Under the pieces are notes generated by a model. It was given only the letters and a program-made list of their open reading frames with translations. It ran no database searches and was not told the DNA's origin. A program made the position numbers and the translations under genes. Positions 26,330 to 36,405 of a stretch of DNA of 64,000 bases are shown here, piece by piece (position 1 is the stretch's first letter; each line of letters starts with the position of its first letter). This DNA is from Campylobacterota bacterium. Lineage in GTDB: Bacteria; Babelota; Babeliae; Babelales; RVW-14. Location of the stretch: contig JACKCO010000004.1 in the NCBI GenBank assembly GCA_020633995.1, forward strand, positions 310,243 through 374,242, in the 5' to 3' direction.

Positions 26330-26670
26330 AATAATAATCCTCCATAATGAAGATAAACCTACATTTACGTTTGCGCATGATCACATTAACTAACGCAGTT
26401 AAGGTGCAAGGTGAGGCTAGATAGTTTATAAAATACTACGCTTGATTACCGAGCTCCTGTAACAGCGACGTATTTTGCACCTCTAGACTGAGACCTCTCA
26501 TGTGCTATTTGCAATAGTAAATCAATAAAAAAATAGAGTCAAACGCACTTAGTAATTTTTTATTGATATTGCGCAATTTTTTTAAGAGATTTGCCAAACA
26601 AAAAAAAGTATATATACTCAATCGCACCATTGGTTCGATGTTTTATCGTTTTGCATGCAAAGGACGGGCT

Positions 26671-27570
26671 ATGCAAAAAAAATATGATCACCATCGTACA
26701 TCTCAAATTCAAACTGTAATTACATTTCTAATCGTAATTAATTCTCTGTGTTATACCAGTTTTATTATGAGTCAGGTGCAAGCTGGCCACGCGGAGTACG
26801 TGTGTCAAAAGTGTGGGTTTCAACAAAAAAAAGAGCTTGATAGTAGAGCGGCTCATACAGAGCACGTTGCGCAGCATCGTGCAGAGCAACAAAAAACAGA
26901 AAGCCCCAAGCAGCATTATGCCTATTTTCAGTCATTGCTGAGCCCTCGAGTGTGTAAAAAGTATGATCCACTGCACCCATTGGTCAGGCAGGTGCTTAAC
27001 CTGAGTTGTGCTGGCAGTGTGGCCGGGGGGCTGAGTTATGGTAGCTGTATGCTGCTTCGCGTTGCGGCCCGTTACTACTTGGATCAGCCTACAGGAAGCG
27101 TTAATCGCGATGCTGGCTTGCGCCAAGAGTTGGGCGACGAGCTTGCCCGCTGTCTTGACCAATGGGATGGTACGTCTGGCAGCGATACACCACGAACTCG
27201 ATCTGGTAGCAGGCCGGAGCGTGCAAAGCGGCAAGCACAGCTGCGCATGAAAAAAATGAACGATTTAATCGCCCTTGCAGGCGTACTGGTGTGGGTGGCT
27301 GGCACCGTGGGGATTATGTTTTGGCTCAATCGCAAAGGTGAGCCGCAACGGGAGAGCGCTGTGCAGGTGCTTGAGCGGCTTATGGACCAGTGGCTGCTGC
27401 ATCGCCCCTTTGTGCCCGAGCAGTTTGTGCAGCGATGTGACCAGCTGCATACAGCCTACCAGACGGGCAATGGGTGTTTGCAGCTGAGTGAAGATGAGGC
27501 TGAGGCGTTGGTTAAACAGATGGTGATGGTGTGTTTGGAGGCAGAGGCCGATTTTGCTACTAAATGCTAA
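26671..27570 (+). CDS. Hypothetical membrane protein (GC-richer than its surroundings)
   Basis: Start chosen at MQKKYDHH (26671). It has hydrophobic segments (TVITFLIVINSLCYTSFI and LIALAGVLVWVAGTVGIMFWL). Its 3' part is duplicated at 30179..30430. Confidence 0.55.
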   Translation: MQKKYDHHRTSQIQTVITFLIVINSLCYTSFIMSQVQAGHAEYVCQKCGFQQKKELDSRAAHTEHVAQHRAEQQKTESPKQHYAYFQSLLSPRVCKKYDPLHPLVRQVLNLSCAGSVAGGLSYGSCMLLRVAARYYLDQPTGSVNRDAGLRQELGDELARCLDQWDGTSGSDTPRTRSGSRPERAKRQAQLRMKKMNDLIALAGVLVWVAGTVGIMFWLNRKGEPQRESAVQVLERLMDQWLLHRPFVPEQFVQRCDQLHTAYQTGNGCLQLSEDEAEALVKQMVMVCLEAEADFATKC

Positions 27571-27653
27571 GTTAACTTTACATATAGTTCTGCTAGAAGC
27601 AAAATGTGCGCAATGCACGGATGAAAAATGCTTACTGATCGGCAAAAATACTG

Positions 27654-27700
27654 CATCCTTGTAAATTGGAATTAGGCTTTTCAATTTACAAGGATGTTTT
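27654..27700. terminator. Bidirectional intrinsic terminator between convergent genes
   Basis: Perfect 15-bp stem catccttgtaaattg/caatttacaaggatg with a 13-nt loop. tttt follows on the plus strand and tattttt on the minus strand. Confidence 0.6.
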
Positions 27701-27819
27701 GTCAAAGGTAAGTTTTGGATAAAAGAAATATTGTTTTTAGCCAAAAACTTACATGATGCAATGATGTGTTTGTTATACTGTCAGGGACGGCTTGTCACTA
27801 AGCCTTGGTTTGCCCTAAT

Positions 27820-29379
27820 CTACAAACCCCATACCTGAATGGTCCATTTTCCTTGTTGCTCAGTTCGGGTAAAAATTTTGTCATCCCAGCTTTTACCCTC
27901 ACTACGGTCAAAAACAACCAAGTGCCCCTCAGTTGCATTGTTGGCGTCCATGTACTCGGCTGTTTGCAGCAGGCCGTCCGGAACTGTTTTGGCACTGTGT
28001 GCAACTTTAAGCTCGATGACGATGCGCTGCTCTTTCCAGCCGACTAAAATATCAAGCCGTCCCCGGCCAAGGGCATATTCGCGGTGGATGGTGCCACCAC
28101 CGTTAACCACACGCTGCAAAAATGCCATAAGCAGTAGGTGAGGTCCAGCCTCTTTGTAGGCAAAGCGCTCGAGCCACATTTCTGAATTTTCGCGATAAAA
28201 TTGGGTGAAGCTTTCAAGCAGCTTTGTCATATTCAGCTGCCCATCTTCATCAACATACCAGGCAGTTTGCTGTGTGAGTGAAAGCTGTGTGGTGTAGGTG
28301 AGCTCGCGTGGAATCACTTCTTGATAGATTGGGTTTGCAATATCAAGCCCTTTGTTACGTTTACAAATTAGGCCAAGGTCAAGCACATACTGCACGTCAT
28401 CGGTCGGAAAATCTTGCGGTCGAGTGGTTCCGTTGACAATGCTGTCAACGATTGCCCGCACACGAGGCTCGCGCAATTTATCAACCAGCTGGTCAATATG
28501 CGTATCTCGACGCTGGATGAGTATTTCTTTGCTGCGCTCGATAATGTCTTTGGTAATTGTTTGTGCTCGGTCCGTCACATCACGAAAACATGCTTGGTAG
28601 GCCAGAGCATTGACAAGCCATGGCTGGCCTTGCGTCAGGTGTTGGACATACTCAATTGCATCATCAGTAAATTTTTGTCCTGTCTCGTGCGTGTGCTGGC
28701 AGAGCAAGTAGCGTGTTTGGGCTAGGCTAAAATTTTCAAGGGTAAGGCTTTCGGCCTTGATGTTAAACGCGCTACCACCCAACACCGTTGCCTGTGCACT
28801 GTCAGACCAGATGCGGTAGTCGCGCACATCACGCACACCCACCAAACACACAGCCTGAGGGAAAAAGCCTGGTCTGCTTGCATAGCCAGCACGCAGCTGA
28901 CGCAACACGGAAATGAGTGTATCGCCAACCAGAGAGTCAATTTCGTCAATGAATAGCACGATTGGCTTGTCTGAGTTGGCTGACCAAAATTGTAAAAAAT
29001 CTGCAAGATTATTACCCGAGATCATATCAGAGGTTTTTGTTGTCTCTTCCAGGTGGAGATAGCCAACATCTTGTTGGCCAAAATAGAGACTGATAGCATT
29101 TTTAATAGCACGCATGATGGTAAACATCGCTTGTTCAACGTCACTGCGCGCGGCCTGCGCGGCTTCAATGTTGACGTAAAGCGCTTTGTATTTGCCCTGC
29201 TGGTTTAGCTCTTTAACAAACTGGACCATACCCGTGGTTTTCCCGCTTTGACGCGGTGCATGCAAGATAAAGTATTTTTTTTGCTCAATGAGCTGACGTA
29301 CTTGGTTATCATTAAATCTATCTGGTACAAAATAGTGATCTGCTGGATTAATTGGGCCTGCGGTATTGAAAAATTTCAT
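27820..29379 (-). CDS. AAA ATPase fused to a C-terminal PD-(D/E)XK nuclease-like domain
   Basis: ATG at 29379 after aaggag. MKFFNTAGPINPADHYFVP, Walker A APRQSGKTT, Walker B LFIDEID. C-terminal GRLDILV..VIELKV (D..ExK). Confidence 0.8.
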   Translation of the reverse strand: MKFFNTAGPINPADHYFVPDRFNDNQVRQLIEQKKYFILHAPRQSGKTTGMVQFVKELNQQGKYKALYVNIEAAQAARSDVEQAMFTIMRAIKNAISLYFGQQDVGYLHLEETTKTSDMISGNNLADFLQFWSANSDKPIVLFIDEIDSLVGDTLISVLRQLRAGYASRPGFFPQAVCLVGVRDVRDYRIWSDSAQATVLGGSAFNIKAESLTLENFSLAQTRYLLCQHTHETGQKFTDDAIEYVQHLTQGQPWLVNALAYQACFRDVTDRAQTITKDIIERSKEILIQRRDTHIDQLVDKLREPRVRAIVDSIVNGTTRPQDFPTDDVQYVLDLGLICKRNKGLDIANPIYQEVIPRELTYTTQLSLTQQTAWYVDEDGQLNMTKLLESFTQFYRENSEMWLERFAYKEAGPHLLLMAFLQRVVNGGGTIHREYALGRGRLDILVGWKEQRIVIELKVAHSAKTVPDGLLQTAEYMDANNATEGHLVVFDRSEGKSWDDKIFTRTEQQGKWTIQVWGL

Positions 29380-29469
29380 GATTTTTAGATCTCCTTGATC
29401 GTGTAGAAACATAAAGCATGAGTATAGCATATGGCCTGTACCCAGCCAAACGTTTGTCGGGGGCGGCTA

Positions 29470-30178
29470 TGCCGTTATCTGTACCCACATTAGTATTACC
29501 ATGGATACCGGCTCGTGGGCCGGTATGACGAGTTGGTAGGGCCAGCATGACAAGTACTTGGAGATGATTTCCCTTAATGAAAATAAGATTACCGATCGAA
29601 GTATTGTACGTCGATACAAAGGACTATGCAATATAATCAGATCCTGAAACAAATTCAGGATGACGTCATGAGTATAAAATAACGTCATCCTGAACCATGT
29701 GCTCTGACTTGATCAGAGTATTGTTTCAGGATCCATAACTAGTCATTCCACCCCAAGGGGAAAACAATGGACCCTGGATCGGAGTCACTACTGTCCAAAG
29801 TGTTTTGAAATAATCTTTTTTGAAGGTGCATGCTATTACCCCTTAGGTCGCCCCCGGCTTGGTCGGGGGTCCAGATAATGGTTAATCAAGTTCTGGATTC
29901 CCGCCGAGCCTGCCCTCTGACTTGATCAGGGGGTCACTGCAACCCACGAGCCATTACTGTGCGTGATTTTCATATAAATTGTAGCACTACTACTTGTGGG
30001 TCAAGTTTGCGATACCTCAACTCGTCGCTCCGGGCTTGATCCGGAGTCCATAGGTCAAATCTACGCTTTACTTCCGTGCTCGTGTGGATACCGGCTCGTG
30101 GGCCGGTATGACGAAGTGCGGTATATATTTATTGATCTTGGCCCCGAAGCCTGGAGGGAGTCATCCCCGACTTCGATA
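29470..30178. repeat. Dense hairpin repeat cluster including a truncated MITE-like copy
   Basis: 29503-29532 ggataccggctcgtgggccggtatgacgag. 29640-29667 and 29682-29733 are inverted tgaa-type modules, the second one nested. 29790-29915 is homologous to 60366-60485. Confidence 0.85.
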
Positions 30179-30430
30179 GCTTGCCCGCAGTCTTGGCCAA
30201 TGGGATGGTACGTCTGGCAGCGATACACCACGAACTCGATCTGGTAGCATGCCGGAGCGTGCAAAGCGGCAAGCACAGCTGCATACAGCCTACCAGACGG
30301 GCAATGGGTGTTTGCAGCTGAGTGAAGATGAGGCTGAGGCGTTGGTTAAACAGATGGTGATGGTGTGTTTGGAGGCAGAGGCCGATTTTACTACTAAATG
30401 CTAAGTTGACTTTACATATAGTTCTACTAT
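30179..30430 (+). pseudogene. Duplicated, internally deleted 3' fragment of gene 26671..27570
   Basis: Matches 27141-27244 joined directly to 27449-27596. The 204-nt in-frame deletion is bounded by cagctgc microhomology. An in-frame TAG lies just upstream, and the only ATG in frame is at 30250. Confidence 0.8.
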
Positions 30431-30464
30431 GTGCTAAGTTGACCTTACATATAGTAGTGAAAGG

Positions 30465-31634
30465 GTGAGTATGATTATTAATAGAAATTTTTGGCAGGCG
30501 TTAATAGAAAGATCCTGGAAAGAGCGGAGTGTTATTTGGTTAATGGGTGTTAGACGGGTTGGTAAGACAAGCTTATGCCAGAGTCTTGATAACATTGAGT
30601 ACTTTGATTGTGAGAGCCCTAGGGTTAGGCAGATGCTGGTAGATCCTGAAAGTTTTCTTGAGGGGCAAGAAAATACACGGGTTGTACTCGATGAAATTCA
30701 TCGTCTTGATAATCCCTCAGAGGTTTTAAAGCTCGCTGCGGATCACTATCCCACCGTTAAAATTATTGCGACAGGCTCATCAACGCTGGGTGCTAGTGCA
30801 AAATTTAAAGACACGCTAACGGGTCGAAAGATTGAAATTTGGCTTTCGCCTATGCTTTTTCAAGATCTTGCTTTGTTTGGTAACACTGATTTGAATCACC
30901 GTTTTCTATTTGGTGGGTTACCCTCTTTTTTTACAGCAAAACAAGTCCCTGAAAAGTATTTTCAGGAATGGATTGATGCTTACTGGGCAAAGGATATACA
31001 AGATATATTCAGTATTGGTAAACGCTTTGCATTTCAAAAGTTTGCCGAGCTATTGCTGGCAAATAGCGGGGGGCTTTTTGAGGCAACTCGATATACGGCA
31101 CCTTGTGAGGTGAGCAGGGCGACCATCTCTAATTATCTGAATGTTTTGGAAGAAACGTTTGTTGTGCATGTGTTACGGCCTTTTTCAACGCATAAGCCGA
31201 CCGAGATTGTTATGGCTCCAAAGGTGTATGGGTTTGATACCGGCTTTGTATGTTATGCGCAAGGTAAAACAGCGTTAAGAGCAGAAGATGTAGGCTTTAT
31301 GTGGGAGCATTGTGTCTTGAATGAAATGCTTGGTCGACTTCAAATGCGGACGGTTCATTATTGGCGTAATAAAAGTGGGCATGAGATTGACTTTGTTATT
31401 CAACATCGAAAAAATAAGTCGATTACTGCCATAGAGTGCAAATTTCTTATTAATCAAGATGCGATTGCTCTTAAAGCACTGATTAAAAATTTTACAAGTT
31501 TCAGGCGTCACTATCCAATAGGAGAAAATATTGTTGTGGCTAGCAATATTGAAAAGATGTTTAAAAGAAAAATTGATGATATTACCATTACGTTTCTAGC
31601 GCCTGACGATCTTATCGACTTACTGGATCAATGA
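30465..31634 (+). CDS. AAA ATPase (COG1373-like, AAA_14 plus DUF4143 architecture) with a nuclease-like C-terminus
   Basis: 389 aa. Walker A GVRRVGKTS, Walker B VVLDEIH. C-terminal GHEIDFVI..ITAIECKF (D..ExK-like). Confidence 0.75.
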   Translation: MSMIINRNFWQALIERSWKERSVIWLMGVRRVGKTSLCQSLDNIEYFDCESPRVRQMLVDPESFLEGQENTRVVLDEIHRLDNPSEVLKLAADHYPTVKIIATGSSTLGASAKFKDTLTGRKIEIWLSPMLFQDLALFGNTDLNHRFLFGGLPSFFTAKQVPEKYFQEWIDAYWAKDIQDIFSIGKRFAFQKFAELLLANSGGLFEATRYTAPCEVSRATISNYLNVLEETFVVHVLRPFSTHKPTEIVMAPKVYGFDTGFVCYAQGKTALRAEDVGFMWEHCVLNEMLGRLQMRTVHYWRNKSGHEIDFVIQHRKNKSITAIECKFLINQDAIALKALIKNFTSFRRHYPIGENIVVASNIEKMFKRKIDDITITFLAPDDLIDLLDQ

Positions 31635-31639
31635 GGTGT

Positions 31640-31960
31640 ATTATTACTGAGCATATTTATTGATCTTGGCCCCGAAGCCTGGAGGGAGTCATCCCCGAGC
31701 CTGCTCTCTTGCCTGCCTTGGGGGCATCCCCGACTTCGAGCCTGCCTTCTTGCTTGACAAGAGGGTCATCCCCAATTCCACACGCTTGTCATCCTCGGAC
31801 TTGATCTACACGCTCGTCACCCTGGACTCCGATCCAGGGTCCATTTTTGAAGATCACATCTAAAACCTAGGTGAGCATTCTCATGGATACCGGCTCGTGG
31901 GCCGGTATGACGAAGTGCGGTGTATATTCATGGATGCCGGGTCCTCCCCCCCCGACAGGC
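31640..31960. repeat. Hairpin repeat cluster
   Basis: 31650-31700 is homologous to 30128-30175. 31812-31845 gtcaccctggactccgatccagggtcc. 31885-31915 ggataccggctcgtgggccggtatgacgaag. Confidence 0.85.
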
Positions 31961-31962
31961 AA

Positions 31963-31997
31963 TAAAAAAAGAGGCCCCGTTTCCAGGACCTCTTTTT
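31963..31997 (-). terminator. Bidirectional intrinsic terminator after the lipoprotein gene
   Basis: The aaaaaaa run, the aagagg..cctctt stem and tttttt lie 20 nt downstream of the stop at 32017. Confidence 0.55.
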
Positions 31998-32016
31998 TAC
32001 CTAATTTCGTACTTTG

Positions 32017-32445
32017 TTATTTTATGCCTAATAGGTTCTTTAAAGCTTGCTGCTCGGGACTGTTTCCTTTTTGTGCCCATGCTACCAGTGTTTGCATGTC
32101 TTTTATGTCATTTTTAGCTGCAGTAAGCGTTGCCGGATCATTGATGTCTTTAACCACCTTAATTTCATCATCTGGATCAGATGGATCTTCAACAAATTCT
32201 ATTACATTTAAGAGTCCAGCAATAGTAGCATAAGTTGCTTTTTTTGCATCATCACTCTTTCCCGCCAACCCTGCCGCTTCTTTTAAGGCGACGTCGTTAA
32301 ATGCACGGTCTCTAATTTTTAGGTGTGTTAGTAACCTTTCCTCTTGTGTCTTAGTGTTAATATCACCGGCGTTATGTTTTCTGCCGTCACATTTTATAAA
32401 GAAGCAGGAGGCAAGTGCTAGTAGTAGATAAGTAGTTTTATTCAT
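32017..32445 (-). CDS. Lipoprotein (hypothetical)
   Basis: ATG at 32445. MNKTTYLLLALASC has a lipobox (L-A-S-C). It lies 36 nt after the giant upstream gene. Confidence 0.65.
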   Translation of the reverse strand: MNKTTYLLLALASCFFIKCDGRKHNAGDINTKTQEERLLTHLKIRDRAFNDVALKEAAGLAGKSDDAKKATYATIAGLLNVIEFVEDPSDPDDEIKVVKDINDPATLTAAKNDIKDMQTLVAWAQKGNSPEQQALKNLLGIK

Positions 32446-32480
32446 GATAAGTTCCTTTCTCAATTTTAGGTCTGGCAATT

Positions 32481-35400
32481 CTATGCGATGACTTGTAATT
32501 GTGTGCCAATTTTTTCAAGGTACATTCCTCTCTTCTTTTCATTAGTACCTGCTGTTGGAAACTTTTCTTTTATTTTTTTGCCCAAATCATCTATTTTTTT
32601 TCCAATGTCTGCTGCATTTCCATTATTAAGGATAACATAATGATCTTTGATTGCTTCATCGAAATCAGTTTTTTTGTTATAGATATCATCTTTATTTTTA
32701 CCTATAGCAGTATTGAATTTCTCACATATTTCTTTCCCAAGATCATCTAGAGTAGCATTATTGGCAGCGTCAACATCAAAGGCGGTAATGTCAAGGGACA
32801 GAGCAATATTATTAATTTGGGTTAAAGTACCTACGGGGTCTGCTTTGAACACAAGCACGGTGTTAGTAGCGCCGCCGCCGCCGCCTCCGCCGCCGCCACC
32901 AGCGCCACCAGCGCCTCCGCCTCCGCCAGCGCCGCCTCCGCCGCCGCCGCCTCCGCCGCCAGCGCCTTTAGCAGGTAGAGTTCCAACTGCTGCAATGGCT
33001 GCATCGATGCCGCCTAAGTCAAGGCCAAGGATGGTATTGATAGCTGTTGCCTTAGCTTTGGTTATAGCAGTGTTAAGTGCCTCAATGTCTGTTTTGTCAA
33101 AATCTGCATCGGCTGCTCCAGGATTTGCTTTATTTGCAGTAAACCAGTCACTTAGGCTAGTAGCACCATCACTGGCTGTTTTGTTGGCAGCATTGATCAC
33201 ATCGTTAAACGCATTGAGTGCTGCACTAAGTGAACCATCACTAAATGGTGGGGCCTGTAGTGCATTGGTTATTGGTTGAAGTGCTGGATTAAGTCCTGAA
33301 AGATCTTTGTTGCCTAACTCTGTAATGAGTGCTGTAACTTTGCCACCAAGTGCTGCAGGATCATTGTTCAACAGATTAAGTGCTTGTCGTTGTTTTATAG
33401 CGTCTGCTCCTAAGATTGCTTGCGCATCTGCGCTTACAGCCAAGTCTTTCAGTGCAGTGTGTACTGCAGTTCTTGTCTTAGCTAGTTTAGCTATTTTTGC
33501 TTTGGCGTTTGCTACCAATTTGTCTGCAACGGTTTTGGCAAAGGTTTGCTTTGTTGGATCAACTGCTGCATTCAGTCCGTTAAAGCCTGTTATGCTTGCG
33601 TAATGGGCAAGTGCTATATTTGCATCAGCTGCCTTGCCATAGACGTCAGTAATAATTTCTGCTTTTTGTGTATCGATGTAGTTTTCATACGCTGTTTTGC
33701 TTGTTGGGACAGCGGCAATGCTGGTATCATATTCTGTTTTTACCTCAGCATTGGTACCAGCTTTGACTGCTGCTAGTTTGGTATCAAAGTTTTTGATGAT
33801 ATCTGTGTGACCATTGCCATCGATGAGTGACTTTTCGATGTGTGCGTTCATAATGTTTTTGAGAATGTCTTCGGTAGCTGCTGCGTCTGCACTGTCTTTG
33901 ATTGCTTGTATGAACGCTGCGTTTGGATAAATATCATGGCCAGCGATATCAGTGTCATCTGCAGGATTTTTGTAAAATCCGTATAGTGCTTCAATTGCGG
34001 CATGTTGTGTTGCTACAGAAGCGTTTTTGCAATTAGCTTCGGTTGGATTTTTGCTTACTTGTGCCAAGTCATGAAGTGCTTGAACAAGTGGATCGGTTAA
34101 GCGTGCGCTTAAGTCGCTGTAAGCAGGCAGTGCGTTAGTGACAATGTTAGCGTCGTCTTGGTGATGCCATGACATGGCGCTGAGTGCTTCTAAGATATTT
34201 TTTTGTGGATCAGAAGCTGTTCCAAGCCAGGCTCTAAATGTTGCAGTCATTGTCGCCCACCAACCTGAACCGGATGTGCCAAGTCTTTTATTGCTGATTT
34301 CAAACAAAATCGCATCACGTAAAGAGCTTGTTGGCGCGGTGTCACTAACGATGTCTTTTAAGCGCTTGACGACTTGTTTTGAAGTGTTGGCGTCTGCAAG
34401 ATTGAAAATGTTGTCATACAAGTTGTAGTTGTTGAAAAGCTGGCTTGTCCACTTAGCACGGTTTGGTGCACCTGCAATGGTGAGTGTATGGTAGTCTTCA
34501 GCGGCTTTTTGAACGGTATTGATATTCAGCTTCAAGATATTGTTTGTGAAGTAGGTAAAAACTTCTTGTTTAGATTTACCCATGACATTTGGGTTTGTAC
34601 CACTTAAGTCAACTTTAGCTCCTACCACCCCTGGTGTTGGGTAATTGTACAGCAGGCTGTCAAGGGTTTTTGTCATGGCAGGGCTTTTTGCTGCTTCAAA
34701 TGTTGTTCCTGGAGCGTCGTAGGCATCTGCCAACGCGAAGTGCTTGTGGTGTTGGTGCTCCATGAGTTTATCAACAATGGTTTCAAGAGAGTTTTTGACT
34801 GTTGCTGCTTCAAACTTATTTGCCGCGAATGCACCTTCAAAATTACCTAGTTTGCCAGTATTAGCAGTGCGGGCGTCCTTGACTTTTTTAAAAGCGAGGA
34901 GAAGGTCGAGGTGTTTTTTAGTGGTTGGTTCGTCTGTTGCCGCTGCAACTGGCCCAGGAGCAAGTGGTATTGCTTGGTTAACAAAAGTAGTGAGTAGACT
35001 TGCAGGAGCTGCGTTATTCGCTATGTTAGTAACGCAACTGATTGCGTCATCATTTGCCAGAACTTCTAGCATGTTGTTTGCTTCACCTGCTAGACCATGG
35101 GTTCCAGACGCATGAATATTTTTTATATCAGCATGATGTGCTTTAACAATTTTGACGAGTGCTGATGCGTCAGCATCGGCTTTGAAGGTTGCAGCAACGT
35201 GGAAAGGGCTTTTGTTAAATTCATGCAGGACGTCGTTGTTTATAGCTTCAGCAGCAACCTCTCTCAACGCAGCTAGTGTTGCATCTTTGACTGCGGCAGC
35301 ATCTGTCTCATCTGGTGCAGCGGCTATAATTTTTCCAAAAATTTCATTAGCAAAACCCTTGGTGTCTTTCATTAATTCTGTAATATCTGTATGAGCGGCT

Positions 35401-36224
35401 TTTAGTGCATCATCAGCGCCAGCCTTGAAAAATTTCTTAGATTCTTTCTGGTCAGCTGTTGTTAGATCAGCTTTGATTGCAGTCCACAATGCATCTTTTG
35501 CTGCAGCGCCTGTTGGTGCTGGTGGAGATGCGATTGGTGCGAGCTTGGTAGCAATTTGGGCTACCAGTGGTGCAGCTCCGGTAACACTGCTTACGTTTGG
35601 ATTGATAGATGAAATGAGTTTAGGGTTAGTGTGCGCGAGGAATTTAGTTGCGTCGGCTGATTTTTGTGTATCGCGTCGTACGCCATCACTTTTGAATGAG
35701 TCAGGTGCGAGTAATTTTTTTGAAAGCCTTTCCAGCGCTTGTTGAAACTGAGTGTATGCTGTTAACACTTTTTGAGCATCTGCTTGTGAGGGTGAGGTGT
35801 TAATGAAGTCATCCATTTCGCTGGCGATTGTATCGATACGAGCATTAATTTTACCTGCCCAGCTGTTTGAGTATGGATTTGCAGCTGTTGGCGTGAAATT
35901 AATACTCGTCAGTGGCAGGCCAGCACCACTAGCGCTCTTGTACTTTTTAATGATATTATTTTCGGCCGTTGCATCGTCGATGCCGGCAAGCATCCCATCG
36001 ATAGCGGTGACTGTATCGAGTAGTTCTGTTTCGATGTCATCCGCACCTTTTTTATCGATATCTGTTGCTGTTTTCTCAAGGCGTGCATCAGCGTCCTTGC
36101 ATAATTTGCTAATTATTCCAAAGTTCCACGCCGCGGCTAATGGACTGAATGAGCATAGACTGATGAGCAACGTCAGAAATGTTGCGATTGTCGCGTAGCG
36201 TGCTCTTACTCCTGTTTGCTTCAT
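32481..36224 (-). CDS. Giant Ala/Lys/Asp-rich secreted surface protein (1247 aa) with a poly-Gly tract
   Basis: Uninterrupted 3.7-kb ORF. Signal peptide ..ATFLTLLISLCSFSPLAAA. No domain that I recognise. Confidence 0.8.
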   Translation of the reverse strand: MKQTGVRARYATIATFLTLLISLCSFSPLAAAWNFGIISKLCKDADARLEKTATDIDKKGADDIETELLDTVTAIDGMLAGIDDATAENNIIKKYKSASGAGLPLTSINFTPTAANPYSNSWAGKINARIDTIASEMDDFINTSPSQADAQKVLTAYTQFQQALERLSKKLLAPDSFKSDGVRRDTQKSADATKFLAHTNPKLISSINPNVSSVTGAAPLVAQIATKLAPIASPPAPTGAAAKDALWTAIKADLTTADQKESKKFFKAGADDALKAAHTDITELMKDTKGFANEIFGKIIAAAPDETDAAAVKDATLAALREVAAEAINNDVLHEFNKSPFHVAATFKADADASALVKIVKAHHADIKNIHASGTHGLAGEANNMLEVLANDDAISCVTNIANNAAPASLLTTFVNQAIPLAPGPVAAATDEPTTKKHLDLLLAFKKVKDARTANTGKLGNFEGAFAANKFEAATVKNSLETIVDKLMEHQHHKHFALADAYDAPGTTFEAAKSPAMTKTLDSLLYNYPTPGVVGAKVDLSGTNPNVMGKSKQEVFTYFTNNILKLNINTVQKAAEDYHTLTIAGAPNRAKWTSQLFNNYNLYDNIFNLADANTSKQVVKRLKDIVSDTAPTSSLRDAILFEISNKRLGTSGSGWWATMTATFRAWLGTASDPQKNILEALSAMSWHHQDDANIVTNALPAYSDLSARLTDPLVQALHDLAQVSKNPTEANCKNASVATQHAAIEALYGFYKNPADDTDIAGHDIYPNAAFIQAIKDSADAAATEDILKNIMNAHIEKSLIDGNGHTDIIKNFDTKLAAVKAGTNAEVKTEYDTSIAAVPTSKTAYENYIDTQKAEIITDVYGKAADANIALAHYASITGFNGLNAAVDPTKQTFAKTVADKLVANAKAKIAKLAKTRTAVHTALKDLAVSADAQAILGADAIKQRQALNLLNNDPAALGGKVTALITELGNKDLSGLNPALQPITNALQAPPFSDGSLSAALNAFNDVINAANKTASDGATSLSDWFTANKANPGAADADFDKTDIEALNTAITKAKATAINTILGLDLGGIDAAIAAVGTLPAKGAGGGGGGGGGGAGGGGGAGGAGGGGGGGGGGATNTVLVFKADPVGTLTQINNIALSLDITAFDVDAANNATLDDLGKEICEKFNTAIGKNKDDIYNKKTDFDEAIKDHYVILNNGNAADIGKKIDDLGKKIKEKFPTAGTNEKKRGMYLEKIGTQLQVIA
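32871..32966 (-). repeat. Imperfect (GGN)n trinucleotide tract encoding about 32 Gly/Ala residues
   Basis: gccgccgccgccgcctccgccgccgccaccagcgcc... on the plus strand. The protein reads GAGGGGGGGGGGAGGGGGAGGAGGGGGGGGGGA. Confidence 0.9.
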
Positions 36225-36405
36225 TATGTAACTCCCCCGTATTATTTGAGATTATGTATTGTTAATTCTACCAAACTTATACATTGTACTATTATCATGG
36301 TAGTAATTAATAATTCAAATAGTCAAGTCTTTTATTTGTTTTTTACATATAAAAAGCGGGGATTAAGAACATTCCCCGCTTTTTTGCCTGTTACTACGTT
36401 ATAAT

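Noticed and set aside
32499-36198. Many plus-strand ORFs (up to 188 aa) lie antisense to the 1247-aa gene, including a poly-Pro/Ala ORF at 32713..33279.
   Set aside because: They are mirror images of an Ala/Gly-rich coding strand (GCN/GGN codons read as NGC/NCC). They lack signal or start context and are fully contained in a much longer ORF with a signal peptide.
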